A stretch of DNA of 64,000 nucleotides, taken from assembly GCA_017449525.1 (NCBI GenBank), contig JAFTFL010000008.1:1864-65863 (forward strand), read 5' to 3'. The DNA is from Bacteroidales bacterium. Its GTDB lineage: Bacteria > Bacteroidota > Bacteroidia > Bacteroidales > P3. Of this stretch, positions 17,232 to 27,332 are shown in pieces. Each line of letters starts with the position of its first letter. Position 1 is the stretch's first letter. The position numbers and the translations under genes are program-made. The notes under the pieces were generated by a model. That model saw nothing but the letters and a program-made list of their open reading frames with translations. It did not search any database and had not been told where the DNA came from.

Positions 17232-19010
17232 TTACTTCTGAAGGATGACGCTGCCGTGGTCGTCGACAATCTGCTTGTAGAACCAGTTGGGGTACAGCGG
17301 TTGCATGGGCGACTTGCAAGCCCCAGTCTCGGTGGTTTCAAACTGGCCGTTTTTCACGTGCTTGATGTTGCCGTCGATGTATTTGACGAGCAGGAAGTGG
17401 TCGAGGTTGGTCCACTCGGTCATCATCTGGCGTGCGGCCTCGTTGGAGAATCTGTTCAAGCGCGCGGTGAGCTCAGCATCACTGCTGATGGATTTCACGG
17501 CTTGGTCGTTTTGGCTGACGCTGTTGATGAAGCCCTTTTCCAGCCTGCTCTGCACGGCTTGGAGGTCGACAATCATGCTGTCGTAGCGGTTGTAGCAGAA
17601 GTTGGTTACACGGTTGAAGAGCCAGAAGGCGCTGGTGGGGCTGTACTCGGTCATCGAGCCGTTGCCCTCGCGGAAGCATTCGGGTATGTCGGTGATGCCG
17701 CAGTACATGGGGCAGTAGACGGTGCTATAGGTGTCGTCCACGCCGAACCATAGGATGCCGCCCACCTTGGAGGGGAGCCAGTTGCGGCACTGAGCCACAA
17801 AGCTGAAGCCAGTCTGCTGGGTGCTGGTGGCACGTTCGTGGACATAGTCCTTGCCGGCGTATTGCCAAGTCATGGGCCGCCAGCGGTAGGGGCAATGGAA
17901 TGGGCCAGCGCCCACATCTTGCGTCATGTCCATGGCGGTGCCCTCGTAGTGGTCGCGCATGAGGTTCATCACTTCGTGGAGGTCCACCTTGTGGTCGGGC
18001 TTTATCCAAAGCGGGAGGCGATTGCCCAAGTTGTGTCCCATGGCGTAGTCTTCGTACTGCTGCATGTCGGCGTTGACGCGGCGGAACATGGCGTAGACGC
18101 GAGCGTCGCAGAAGCGTGCCTGCCCGAAGTCGAGGGGCGCGTAGGCATCGGCAAAGCTGAAGTCGGCGTCAGAGCCGGTGTACCAGCCGTGCATGCGGGC
18201 AGGGGCGGTAACGTCGGCAGCGTAGACACATTCCACTTCGGGTTCGAAGATGTAGTCCATGTGCTTGCTGCTGATGGCAGTGTGGAGGCCTTGGCCTTTG
18301 GCCTTGTTCCACTTGGCGGGTTCTTGTGGGAAGGTGGTGATGCGCGCTTGGTTGGCATGGCCACACACGTAGCCATCGGGCACGCGGCGTGCTACCCACA
18401 CGGCCCCCGGCTTGAAGCCTTTGTAGGCTTTGTTGAGCACGGGTTTGCCCTTCACGGTGTCGTACTTTGCAATGCCTTTACCGATGAAGTCCATCACCCA
18501 CACCTCGTTGGGGTCGCAGATGGAGAACGACTCGCCCTCCGATGCGTAACCGTAGGTGTCGGCAAGCTCCGTCATAACCTTGATGGCTTCGCGGGCTGTC
18601 TTGGCACGTTGCAAAGTGATGTAGATAAGGCTCCCATAGTCAATGCCCCCTTCGGGGTGCGCCCAAAGCTCTTGACGACCACCGTAGGTGGTTTCGCCGA
18701 TGGCGAGTTGGTGCTCATTCATGTTGCCCACCACGCTGTAGGTAGTGGCGACTTGGGGAATATCCATAAGATATTTGCCGCTGTCCCAGTCGTAGACTTT
18801 GAACATGGTACCAGCGGGGTACTGGGCAGCCCGACGGTAATAGAGCTCGCCGTAGAGCACGTGGGAGTCGGCTGCATAAGTAATCATGGTGGAACCGTCT
18901 TTGGTAGCACCCTTGGTGAACAGGAAGTTGGTACATGCTTGCACGTCGTGTGCAGCCATGAAGCACATGGCTACAAGCAGCGTGGCCACAAGTCGTTTTG
19001 CTGTTTTCAT
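17232..19010 (-). CDS. Secreted dipeptidase, peptidase family C69
   Basis: A signal peptide is followed by the nucleophile Cys in AHDVQACTNFLFTKGATKDGS. At 592 aa it fits Bacteroidales C69 dipeptidases. Confidence 0.85.
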   Translation of the reverse strand: MKTAKRLVATLLVAMCFMAAHDVQACTNFLFTKGATKDGSTMITYAADSHVLYGELYYRRAAQYPAGTMFKVYDWDSGKYLMDIPQVATTYSVVGNMNEHQLAIGETTYGGRQELWAHPEGGIDYGSLIYITLQRAKTAREAIKVMTELADTYGYASEGESFSICDPNEVWVMDFIGKGIAKYDTVKGKPVLNKAYKGFKPGAVWVARRVPDGYVCGHANQARITTFPQEPAKWNKAKGQGLHTAISSKHMDYIFEPEVECVYAADVTAPARMHGWYTGSDADFSFADAYAPLDFGQARFCDARVYAMFRRVNADMQQYEDYAMGHNLGNRLPLWIKPDHKVDLHEVMNLMRDHYEGTAMDMTQDVGAGPFHCPYRWRPMTWQYAGKDYVHERATSTQQTGFSFVAQCRNWLPSKVGGILWFGVDDTYSTVYCPMYCGITDIPECFREGNGSMTEYSPTSAFWLFNRVTNFCYNRYDSMIVDLQAVQSRLEKGFINSVSQNDQAVKSISSDAELTARLNRFSNEAARQMMTEWTNLDHFLLVKYIDGNIKHVKNGQFETTETGACKSPMQPLYPNWFYKQIVDDHGSVILQK

Positions 19011-19599
19011 GCTGTGTAGGATTGGAAAAAATGTAAAAGGGGGATTTGAATATCCATGGGGGAAAAGAGGCGGAGCCAGCAGTCAAGGGAACTCAGTTGA
19101 GGCTGAGTTTGATTTTGCGCCCATGCAACTTGAGGCGTTGCAGACAAGAGAAACGTGCGTAACGCTTCACGCGACGAATGACTTTGGCGGACGGCCTGAC
19201 ATCTTGGGGTGTTGTCTTGGTGGGTGAGAACTGCAGAAAGTCCTCCTCTGGGAACAGAAACTCGTAGTGTTGCATCATCCGCGCTCCTCTATGTGATTAC
19301 TTGACTTTTTTGGCTTGTCGAGTGCGCCCTGTGGGCATCTGCTCTCGAACAAAATCGTCAAAGAAACTGCAATGGCGTTCATTTATTGTACAGCACCACG
19401 CTTTTAACGTTCTGGGTGTCGTACGGCATGGGATGCAGAAAGCATGTTGATGGCGAGGAATAAAAGGGGCGTGCCACCGCGATAGGAAGCACAATGTACC
19501 ACGATATATCCATTCTATTCCCTGTAAAACAATGCTATAGCTCTGCTGACTATTCCCGAGATGAGAACGCGTTTTGACCGAACAGTGCTACCATTTCGT

Positions 19600-19900
19600 G
19601 CTCTTCCCTGTAGCGTGGCGATGCGTGGGGTGCTGAGAAGAGAGAGTCTCTTCCCTTGCACATACAGATGTGTTTTCCTTGTGCGTGCAGTTTCCTCCCC
19701 TTGCACAGCGATGCGTGGGGCGCTGAGAAGGGAGAGTCCCTTTCCTTGCACATACAGATGTGTTTTCCTTGTGCGTGCAGTTTCCTCCCCCTGCACAGCG
19801 ACGCGTGGGATGCTGAGACGGGAGAGTCTCTTCCCTTGCACATACAGATGTGTTTTCCTGGTGTGTGCAGTTTCCTCCCCCTTGCACAGCGATGTACGGG
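19600..19900. repeat. 90-bp tandem repeat, about 3.3 copies
   Basis: Units at 19621-19710, 19711-19800 and 19801-19890 are ~92-94% identical. Partial units flank them. Confidence 0.9.
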
Positions 19901-20031
19901 ATGTACGCAATATATGGTGTGGGGTGTGTATAATATAAGGTGTGAGGTGAGCAGAAAAAAAGGAGAGGGAAAACACCGCTGATGTTTTCCCTCTCTGAGT
20001 TGTTGATATGCTACAGAGCAGAGTGAGCAAT

Positions 20032-22719
20032 TTAGCTGCACTTGCTCCAGCCGCAATGCTTACACTCCTTGCAGCCGTTGCTGTAGACCAGCTCCTGCCC
20101 ACACTTAGGACAGGTCTCGCCAGCCTTTGCGCCATCTTTGATGTAACGCTTCAGTGCGCGGCACACACCGCTGCTCCAGGTGTTGATACTCTCTTCGTCG
20201 AAATTCAATTTGCCGATGAGGTTCACCACGTTGGCTATTGGCATGCCGTGCCGAAGAATGCCGCTGATGAGCTTGGCGTAGTTCCAGTATTCCTGCCGGA
20301 ACGTACGGGACAACCCCTCTATGGTCACCTTGTACCCATCCTGGTCCAGAAACTGGAAGTCATATCGGGCGTGTTCGTCTCCTTGCTCTTTGGTGCGGAT
20401 GACCCACCCCCTTTCCACCCATTTGGGAAGGGCGATGAAGCTGGCTGCCTTACCCGTGAATATCTCATAAGGCCGACCTTCGTACATGCCCACCACGGCT
20501 ATCCAGTCTTCTTTATCGTTCTTGAAACGCACGATCTCAGCCTCGAGTTTTTTAGGACGTTTGGGCGCCTTGGTTTCGGCAAAGTGGGCTTCGCTGTTGC
20601 CTGCTTCGCTATTGGAGACAAGGACACCGCTGCGCGAGCCCTCGCGGTAGATGGTGCATCCTTTGCAGCCCGACTCCCATGCGGTCTGGTAAATGGTGCT
20701 CACCACCTCGCGAGTGGTCTCTTTGGGCACATTGACAGTGACGCTGATGGAGTGGTCCACCCACTGCTGAATTGCACCCTGCATCTTCACCTTGTTCACC
20801 CAATCGATGTCTTGTGATGTTGCCTTGTGGTAGGGCGACTGCTCGACAATTTTACTCAGCTCGTCGTCTTTCATGTTGACGACCTCTTCGGTGTTGTAGC
20901 CGTTCACCTTGAGCCAATCGATAAATTTCGGGTGGAATACGGTATACTCCTCGAAGTAGTCTCCACTATTGTCCTGTATGATTTTGTGCTTGGAGGTGTC
21001 CTTGTCATTGGGGTTTATCTTCTTTCTGCGCTTGTATGAAACGAGGAAGACTGGCTCGATACCCGAGGTGGTCTGGGTGCAGATGCTTACGCTGCCCGTC
21101 GGGGCGATGGTCAGCAGCGCAATATTGCGGCGTCCGCTGGCCTTCATTTCCTTGTACAACTCTGGGTCGGCTTCTGCCAGACGCTGTATGAACGGGTTGT
21201 TCTTTTCGCGGGTACTATCGTATATGGGGAAGCAGCCGCGCTCCTTGGCCATGTTGACCGATGATGCGTAGGCCGAGCAGGCAAGGGTGCGGTGCACCTC
21301 CACTGCGAAGCGTGTGGCCTCTTCGCTGCCGTAGCGCAGCCCGAGGGCTGCCAGCATATCGCCTTCGGCTGTGATGCCGAAGCCCGTGCGCCGGCCTTCC
21401 ATGCACTTCATCTTTATGTTCAACCACAAGTTCTTCTCCACTGCCTTTAGGTCTTCGTCCTCGGGGTCGCTCTCTATCTTGGCCAGTATCTTCTCGATTT
21501 TCTCCAACTCGAGGTCGATGAGGTCGTCCATCAGTCGTTGGCCTTGTTTGACGTGCTGGCGGAACAGGTCGAAGTTGAATGTTGCCTGTGGGGTGAACGG
21601 ATGTTCTACATAACTATATAGGTTGATGGCCAACAGGCGGCAACTGTCATAGGGGCATAGGGGTATCTCCCCGCAAGGATTGGTCGATACCGTACGGTAG
21701 CCGTAGTCGGCATAGCAGTCTGGAATCGATTCCCGTATGATGGTGTCCCAGAAAAGCACACCGGGTTCGGCCGATGCCCAGGCGTTGTTGATTATCTTGT
21801 TCCATAGGGCGCGGGCATCAATTTCCTTGCGCACCATGGGGTTCGGCGAGTCAATGGGGTACTGCTGTACGAAGGGTTTGCCATCACGCACACACTGCAT
21901 AAACTCGTCGGTTATCTTCACCGAGACGTTGGCACCCGTTATCTTGCCCTGCTCAAGCTTTGCATCTATGAAGCTTTCGGCGTCGGGATGCTTGATGGAT
22001 ATTGAGAGCATGAGGGCTCCACGCCGTCCGCCCTGAGCCACTTCTCGCGTGGTATTAGAGAATCGCTCCATGAATGGGACGATGCCAGTCGAGGTGAGTG
22101 CGCTGTTTTTCACTGGGCTTCCATATGGGCGGATGTGGGATAGGTCGTGTCCCACACCACCGCGCCGCTTCATGAGCTGCACCTGTTCCTGGTCTATCTT
22201 CATAATGCCCCCATATGAGTCGGAGTTGTTCGGATTGCCTATCACAAAACAGTTGGAGAGCGACACTATTTGGTAATCGTTGCCGATGCCCGACATGGGG
22301 CTCCCTTGTGGAATAATGTATTTGAAGTCCTTCAGCAGTTGATAGATGGTTTCCTCGCTCATCGGGTTGGGATATTTCCTTTCGATGCGGGCAAATTCTG
22401 CTGCGAGACGGTGGTGCATCATGTCGGGGTTGAGCTCGAATATGCTTTGTCCGTCGCGCAGGGCGTACTTGTTCATCCACACGTTTGCTGCCAGTTCGTC
22501 GCCGTGAAAGTAGTCGGTCGACGAGGCCATGATTTCTTCAGGGGTGTACTGCTTGGGGGTCTTCATCTCTTCTTGGGGCTCTCTGTTGGTTTGTATATTA
22601 TTTATAGGTGTAGTGTCTTGATTGAGGGGTGTGGCTGGTGCCGTCGCGGCGGATTGATGCTGCTGCTCCTCGGCGGAGACAGGTTCAATGTTGGAAAATA
22701 GGTCGGTCTGCATAGTCAT
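20032..22719 (-). CDS. nrdJ: Adenosylcobalamin-dependent (class II) ribonucleotide reductase
   Basis: Active-site segment VSTNPCGEIPLCPYDSCRLLAINL. C-terminal zinc-ribbon CPKCG...CKECKHCG. No adjacent nrdB. Confidence 0.85.
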   Translation of the reverse strand: MTMQTDLFSNIEPVSAEEQQHQSAATAPATPLNQDTTPINNIQTNREPQEEMKTPKQYTPEEIMASSTDYFHGDELAANVWMNKYALRDGQSIFELNPDMMHHRLAAEFARIERKYPNPMSEETIYQLLKDFKYIIPQGSPMSGIGNDYQIVSLSNCFVIGNPNNSDSYGGIMKIDQEQVQLMKRRGGVGHDLSHIRPYGSPVKNSALTSTGIVPFMERFSNTTREVAQGGRRGALMLSISIKHPDAESFIDAKLEQGKITGANVSVKITDEFMQCVRDGKPFVQQYPIDSPNPMVRKEIDARALWNKIINNAWASAEPGVLFWDTIIRESIPDCYADYGYRTVSTNPCGEIPLCPYDSCRLLAINLYSYVEHPFTPQATFNFDLFRQHVKQGQRLMDDLIDLELEKIEKILAKIESDPEDEDLKAVEKNLWLNIKMKCMEGRRTGFGITAEGDMLAALGLRYGSEEATRFAVEVHRTLACSAYASSVNMAKERGCFPIYDSTREKNNPFIQRLAEADPELYKEMKASGRRNIALLTIAPTGSVSICTQTTSGIEPVFLVSYKRRKKINPNDKDTSKHKIIQDNSGDYFEEYTVFHPKFIDWLKVNGYNTEEVVNMKDDELSKIVEQSPYHKATSQDIDWVNKVKMQGAIQQWVDHSISVTVNVPKETTREVVSTIYQTAWESGCKGCTIYREGSRSGVLVSNSEAGNSEAHFAETKAPKRPKKLEAEIVRFKNDKEDWIAVVGMYEGRPYEIFTGKAASFIALPKWVERGWVIRTKEQGDEHARYDFQFLDQDGYKVTIEGLSRTFRQEYWNYAKLISGILRHGMPIANVVNLIGKLNFDEESINTWSSGVCRALKRYIKDGAKAGETCPKCGQELVYSNGCKECKHCGWSKCS

Positions 22720-22930
22720 TGCCCGTCAATGTTGATGCACTCTTACAAATTTTTACATAAGGTCGTGTATTACGGCTTTCAAGCACTAAGATACATACAA
22801 TTCGCAGCGTGCAACTCTCGGCTGTTCTCCCTTTTTTCAACAACTAATCAACGAAGATGCTTCTACTCTGGATTCCAGTGTACTATGCCCTTGGGTAGAG
22901 GCGTGCTATAGCAATGATGCACCTCTTGAT

Positions 22931-23650
22931 TTACTTCACCACTAAGGTGGCTTGACTACAGGGTTTGCCGTCCTGTTCCAGCGTGCAACGGTACAGGCCG
23001 CGGGCCATCTGCCGGGTGTCTATTTGGACTTTGTCTTGGTCGGCGGACAGTTGGCGTACGAGGATTGTGCGACCTTTCATGTCGGTCAGTCGCAGTGTGT
23101 TGGCTCGGGAGTTGTGGGGCGTGGCAATGGTTGCTGTGGTGTATCCCCAAGCCGGATTGGGGTAGAGTATCAGGCTGTTGGGGGCTGGGGCAGATGCCAC
23201 ACCGTTTGAGGGCACCACGTGCACCTTCAGCAGACAGGTGCCGAGGTTGTCCAGGGTGTCGGCCGAGGTGCCTATGTTGAGCGACAGTAGGGCGTCCGAC
23301 CCTTCGGCCGCTGGGTCTATGTCAAGGTCCACGTAGAATGAGCGGTAGGTGCTGTTGGCCAACAGGTCGAACGGTGCCGATATGGCTCCGTCCACGCAGT
23401 TGCCTGCGCAAATGCCTGTTATAGTGATTCCGCTGCCGCGCAGCAGCGCACATGAGGCTATGGCGCGGTGGTCTGCGGTGTCAAGACTGGTGAACAGGAT
23501 GGGCACCATGTTGTAGTCTGACGGCAACTCCATACAGATGGTGTCCAGTTGGTGATAGGTCGAATCCTGATAGGTGAAGGCCACTCGTTGTGCAGCCATA
23601 GGGAATGTGGTAGCCACAAGGGTGGCTAATAGGAGTAAACTCTTTCTCAT
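22931..23650 (-). CDS. T9SS cargo protein of unknown function (C-terminal sorting domain)
   Basis: Signal peptide. C-terminal LILYPNPAWG...LTDMKGRTIL...GLYRCTL... matches the T9SS type A CTD pattern. Confidence 0.8.
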   Translation of the reverse strand: MRKSLLLLATLVATTFPMAAQRVAFTYQDSTYHQLDTICMELPSDYNMVPILFTSLDTADHRAIASCALLRGSGITITGICAGNCVDGAISAPFDLLANSTYRSFYVDLDIDPAAEGSDALLSLNIGTSADTLDNLGTCLLKVHVVPSNGVASAPAPNSLILYPNPAWGYTTATIATPHNSRANTLRLTDMKGRTILVRQLSADQDKVQIDTRQMARGLYRCTLEQDGKPCSQATLVVK

Positions 23651-23697
23651 GTGGTGTGTGTTTGTCTGGTGATATGGGGTTTGGTTCAGTTGAATAA

Positions 23698-23735
23698 AGC
23701 GATGCCACAGTGCGTTGGGTGCACCGTGGCATCGC
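23698..23735 (-). terminator. Hairpin terminator after dut
   Basis: 10-bp stem GCGATGCCAC / GTGGCATCGC followed by TTTATT on the minus strand. Confidence 0.6.
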
Positions 23736-23746
23736 GGTCGTACTGG

Positions 23747-24181
23747 CTATATGCCAGTGTGGCCAAAGCCGCCTGCGCCTCGTTCGGTATCGCTCAGCTG
23801 TTTGGTGGTCTCCCATTCAGCCTGCTCACACCGAGCTACAACCAGCTGTGCAATGCGTTCGCCGTCGTTGACGGTAAAGGGCTCGTTCGAGAGGTTTACC
23901 ATGATGACGCCCACTTCGCCTCGGTAGTCGGCGTCGATGGTGCCGGGTGCATTGAGTAGGGTGATACCCTTTTTCAGCGCCAGCCCGCTACGCGGACGCA
24001 CCTGTGCTTCGTACCCAGCAGGCAACTCTATGAAGAGGCCTGTCTTGACGAGTGCGCGTTCCAAGGGTTGCAGTACCACAGGGCCGTCGGGCAGGTAGGC
24101 GCGCAGGTCCATGCCTGCCGAAAGGGCTGTCTCGTACTGTGGCAGCGGATGGTGCGAACGGTTGATTACTTTCACTTTCAT
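23747..24181 (-). CDS. dut: dUTP diphosphatase
   Basis: 144 aa with [21 protein letters not shown] and GGFGHTG motifs. Confidence 0.95.
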   Translation of the reverse strand: MKVKVINRSHHPLPQYETALSAGMDLRAYLPDGPVVLQPLERALVKTGLFIELPAGYEAQVRPRSGLALKKGITLLNAPGTIDADYRGEVGVIMVNLSNEPFTVNDGERIAQLVVARCEQAEWETTKQLSDTERGAGGFGHTGI

Positions 24182-24223
24182 GGCTGTTGGCTTTTGAGGT
24201 GCAGGTGTCGCAGTGGAGGGTTA

Positions 24224-24940
24224 CTACGCCTCTTCGGTCGTGGGTTGCTGTGCCTCCTCGGTCTGTGCTGTCTTCTCCACGCGGTGCATCACTTCGTCTA
24301 TCATGCCATAGGCCTTGGCCTCTTCGGCTGTGAACCAGTGGTCGCGGTCCGAATCCTTCTCGACTTGTTCAAAAGGTTGACCGCTGTGGAGGGCGATGAT
24401 GTCGTACAGTTCATGCTTCAGCTTCTGGATTTCGCGCACGGTAATCTCCATGTCCGTGGCTTGTCCCTCAGCGCCGCCCATGGGCTGGTGTATCATCACG
24501 CGGCTGTGTGGCAGGGCGCATCGACGTCCTTTCTCGCCTGCGCAGAGCAGCACGCTGGCCATCGAGGCGGCCAAGCCTGTGCAGATGGTCGACACTTTGG
24601 GTTGAATGTACTGCATCGTGTCGTAGATGCCGAGGCCGGCGTAGACTGAGCCTCCTGGCGAATTGAGATAGATTTGTATGTCGCGGGTGCTGTCCACACT
24701 CTCCAAGAAGAGCAGTTGTGCTTGTATGACGTTGGCCGTGTAGTCGTCTATAGCTGTACCGAGGAAGATGATACGGTCCATCATCAAACGGCTGAACACG
24801 TCCATCTGTGCCACGTTCAGCTGTCGTTCTTCAACGATGTAGGGCGTGAGCGAATTGTTTATGGCAGCAGTGTATTTGGCGTAGGTGGTGCTGCTGATGC
24901 CACGATGTTTTGTGGCATATTTTTCAAATTCTGTCATCAT
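24224..24940 (-). CDS. clpP: ATP-dependent Clp protease proteolytic subunit
   Basis: Contains IIFLGTAIDD, YLNSPGGSV, the Ser in GLAASMASVL and the His in MIHQPMGG. Confidence 0.95.
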   Translation of the reverse strand: MMTEFEKYATKHRGISSTTYAKYTAAINNSLTPYIVEERQLNVAQMDVFSRLMMDRIIFLGTAIDDYTANVIQAQLLFLESVDSTRDIQIYLNSPGGSVYAGLGIYDTMQYIQPKVSTICTGLAASMASVLLCAGEKGRRCALPHSRVMIHQPMGGAEGQATDMEITVREIQKLKHELYDIIALHSGQPFEQVEKDSDRDHWFTAEEAKAYGMIDEVMHRVEKTAQTEEAQQPTTEEA

Positions 24941-24964
24941 GGTGTGTGCTTAATGTGTATAGTT

Positions 24965-25678
24965 TTACTTATTTTTCTGCTCGGTGGTGTCGTCTCCTGC
25001 CAGCAGGTCAGGACGGCGGGCGCGTGTGCGTTCCAGGGCTTGCTCGTAGCGCCAAGCTTCTATCTTGGCGTGGTTGCCGCTGAGCAGCACCTCGGGCACA
25101 CGCCATCCGCGGTACTCGGGTGGACGGGTGTATTCAGGGGGGGCCAGCAGGCGGTCTTGGAAGGAGTCGCCGAGAGCCGACTGCTCGTCGCCGATGGCTC
25201 CTGGTATGAGGCGTATGATGGCATCGCTCATGACGGCGGCTGCCAGTTCGCCTCCTGAGAGCACATAGTCGCCTATCGATATTTCGCGCGTAATGAAGTG
25301 TTCCCTCAGCCGTTCGTCCACCCCCTTGTAGTGGCCGCAGAGTATCATCAAGTTCTGTGCCAGCGAGAGGCTGTTGGCCATGCTTTGGTTGAAGGGTTGC
25401 CCGTCGGGGGCGGTGTAGATGATGTCGTCGTAGGTGCGTTCGGCCTGCAGTGCCTCAATGCAGTTGGCCAGCGGCTCTATGGCCATCACCATGCCGGCTC
25501 CACCCCCGTAGGGGTAGTCGTCCACGCTGCCATAACGACTGAGGGAGTAGTCGTGCAGATTGTGAAAACAGACCTCTACAATACCCTTGTTGCGAGCACG
25601 CTTCACGATAGATTCGTCGAAGAACATGGTCATCATCTGTGGGAAGAGTGTCAAGATGTCTATTCGCATGGTGGTCAA
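24965..25678 (-). CDS. trmD: tRNA (guanine37-N1)-methyltransferase
   Basis: Contains [25 protein letters not shown] and [10 protein letters not shown]. Confidence 0.95.
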   Translation of the reverse strand: MTTMRIDILTLFPQMMTMFFDESIVKRARNKGIVEVCFHNLHDYSLSRYGSVDDYPYGGGAGMVMAIEPLANCIEALQAERTYDDIIYTAPDGQPFNQSMANSLSLAQNLMILCGHYKGVDERLREHFITREISIGDYVLSGGELAAAVMSDAIIRLIPGAIGDEQSALGDSFQDRLLAPPEYTRPPEYRGWRVPEVLLSGNHAKIEAWRYEQALERTRARRPDLLAGDDTTEQKNK

Positions 25679-25730
25679 TGTGGCTGTTGGGGTGTGGTGA
25701 TGCGTGGGTAGGTGCCGTTGCGAGGTGGGA

Positions 25731-26819
25731 CTATCTAACGCGGAGGTTGCGCCCCACGCGCAGTATGGTGGTTTCTTTGATGCCGTTGAGTTGGCACAGT
25801 CGTTTCACGGTGGTGTGGTGCCGCGTTGCTATGCGGCTTAGGGTGTCGCCCTGCTTCACCTTGTAGTATTGTGTGCCGCTGCGCTGCGTGCTGCTGTTGC
25901 CCTTGCTCGACGAGGCTACTGCGCGACCCGACGAGCTGCCCACCTTGGCAAAGGAGCGGGGCGTGAGGCGGAGGGTCTCTTCGCGCAGGGTCTGGGTGCT
26001 GCAGTCGATGACGTTTTCGGGGTTGAGCGCGGCGCCCATGTAGCGCACCTCAAAGTGTAGATGGCTGCCATAGCTGCGCCCGGTGTTGCCACACAAACCG
26101 ATGGTCTGTCCAGCCCGTACGGTGTCGCCCACTTGAGCGTAGCGTTTCGACATGTGGGCGTAGTAGGTTTCGAGTCCATTGGTGTGGCGTATGACTATCA
26201 GGTTGCCGTACGACTTGTTCAGTACCGAGACGCGTACCACCCCGTCGAATGCGGCATAGATGGGTTCGCCCGTGGGCATGGCCAAGTCCACTCCATAGTG
26301 CCAGCGGCGGCGTCCGCGCGCTCCGAAGTGGGAGGTGGCGCGCGACAGGGAGGGCGTTGGGTAGGCAAACTCGTGCTTCAGCCTGTGGTTGACAAGGTGG
26401 AGCACTACGGTGTCGGTCGATTTCCACTTGTTGAGCTCTATCTTGGGATAGTGGATTACGTTGGGGTCAAAGCTGGCGTAGAGTATCTCGTCTTCACTCT
26501 CGGCACCGTCGTCATCAGGTGATTGGAATATGTTGCGCTCCGCTGGCTCGTCGGCCGCCGTTGTCAGTGGGGGGGGCGGGTCCATGAGGAAAGGGCGTTG
26601 GCTGAGCGACTGCTCTTTCTCTTGTGGGGTCTCCTTGGGGGAAACCACCAGACCCGAATATTCCTCGTCGGGGTAGACCACGTCCAGCTTATTGAGCTTG
26701 ATGACTGTCTGCCGCTCGTCCTGGGTCTGAGTCTTGTTTTTGTTTTGCGCCCAAGCCGTGGGGGCTGCCAGTAGCAGCAGTAGAAGAAGGCTGTGCGCTA
26801 TGTGGTTGGTTATCGTCAT
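25731..26819 (-). CDS. M23 family metallopeptidase with a C-terminal LysM domain
   Basis: Start set at [26 protein letters not shown]23 motifs [20 protein letters not shown] and GSHLHFEVR. LysM segment [14 protein letters not shown]. Confidence 0.9.
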   Translation of the reverse strand: MTITNHIAHSLLLLLLLAAPTAWAQNKNKTQTQDERQTVIKLNKLDVVYPDEEYSGLVVSPKETPQEKEQSLSQRPFLMDPPPPLTTAADEPAERNIFQSPDDDGAESEDEILYASFDPNVIHYPKIELNKWKSTDTVVLHLVNHRLKHEFAYPTPSLSRATSHFGARGRRRWHYGVDLAMPTGEPIYAAFDGVVRVSVLNKSYGNLIVIRHTNGLETYYAHMSKRYAQVGDTVRAGQTIGLCGNTGRSYGSHLHFEVRYMGAALNPENVIDCSTQTLREETLRLTPRSFAKVGSSSGRAVASSSKGNSSTQRSGTQYYKVKQGDTLSRIATRHHTTVKRLCQLNGIKETTILRVGRNLRVR

Positions 26820-26896
26820 GTGGTTTCGCGCATGTGGGGCAAGGCTGTCGACATGGCCGGGCGCCAAGCAGCGGCAGCAGTGTCCGTATGAAACTG

Positions 26897-26904
26897 CAAA
26901 GGTA
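26897..26904 (-). promoter_or_regulatory. -7 promoter box (TACCTTTG on the minus strand) for the M23-trmD-clpP-dut operon
   Basis: The plus strand reads CTGCAAAGGTACG, 78 nt upstream of the ATG at 26819. Confidence 0.6.
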
Positions 26905-27024
26905 CGTTTTTTTCGCGACACTGGGGCTTCCCCTGTTGCCTTTTTGCCCAACCTGTCGTGGCACAAGCCCTAAGTGGTCGCAGATAAAAATGAGATCTCC
27001 TGTTCACAATTCAAAAATAGTTCG

Positions 27025-27277
27025 TACCTTTGCAATTCCAAAACCGTTTTGGTGCATCTGAGCACGCAGTGTGATAAAGTAGGTTTTGTTGTCATTACAA
27101 ATTAACTTTTTGACATGGGTTTGGGGGTCAGTGCCGTACGGTGCCGACCCCTTTGCCTGTACAGCATGGTGTGTAGATTTGTTGAACGGCAGTGTGCCTC
27201 ATGTTGTTATGAGCATTACAAGCCGTACGGCTTCTGCTCCGAAGCCGTACGGCTATGGATGCCTGTGCCGTACGGCA
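27025..27277 (+). repeat. Promoter-linked GTACGGC palindrome array, copy C (orphan TACCTTTG box at 27025-27032 plus 4 palindromes)
   Basis: GTAC cores lie 104, 193, 215 and 238 nt downstream of the box. There is no plus-strand gene for the next 11 kb. Confidence 0.6.
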
Positions 27278-27332
27278 TAGGTGCGAAGGCTGTAGGGGTG
27301 ATGGGGCAGGTTGTGCTCGGGGGTGCGACGAG

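Noticed and set aside
17838-19019. 393-aa plus-strand ORF antisense to the C69 dipeptidase
   Set aside because: This is a typical high-GC antisense ORF (Gly/Val/Ala/His-rich). The opposite strand carries unmistakable C69 motifs.
19093-19494. Two short minus-strand ORFs (61 and 65 aa) between the dipeptidase promoter region and the tandem repeat
   Set aside because: I can identify no signal, motif or homology by eye. They may be remnants of a lost gene. A single GTCGTACGGC palindrome (19418-19427) lies inside one of them. I left them unannotated.
19600-19900. The tandem repeat as a CRISPR array
   Set aside because: The units abut directly with no unique spacers, the period is 90 bp, and there are no cas genes anywhere in the window.
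19515-20135. Several 100-206-aa ORFs on both strands over 19.5-20.1 kb
   Set aside because: Their sequences are periodic translations of the 90-bp tandem repeat (for example GKRLSLLS/ETARTRKTHLYVQ repeated), so they are not genes.
20032-22719. Possible intein or insertion in the 895-aa NrdJ
   Set aside because: The length and the continuous conserved motifs are consistent with an intact class II reductase. No Cys/Ser...HN splice-junction block is visible.
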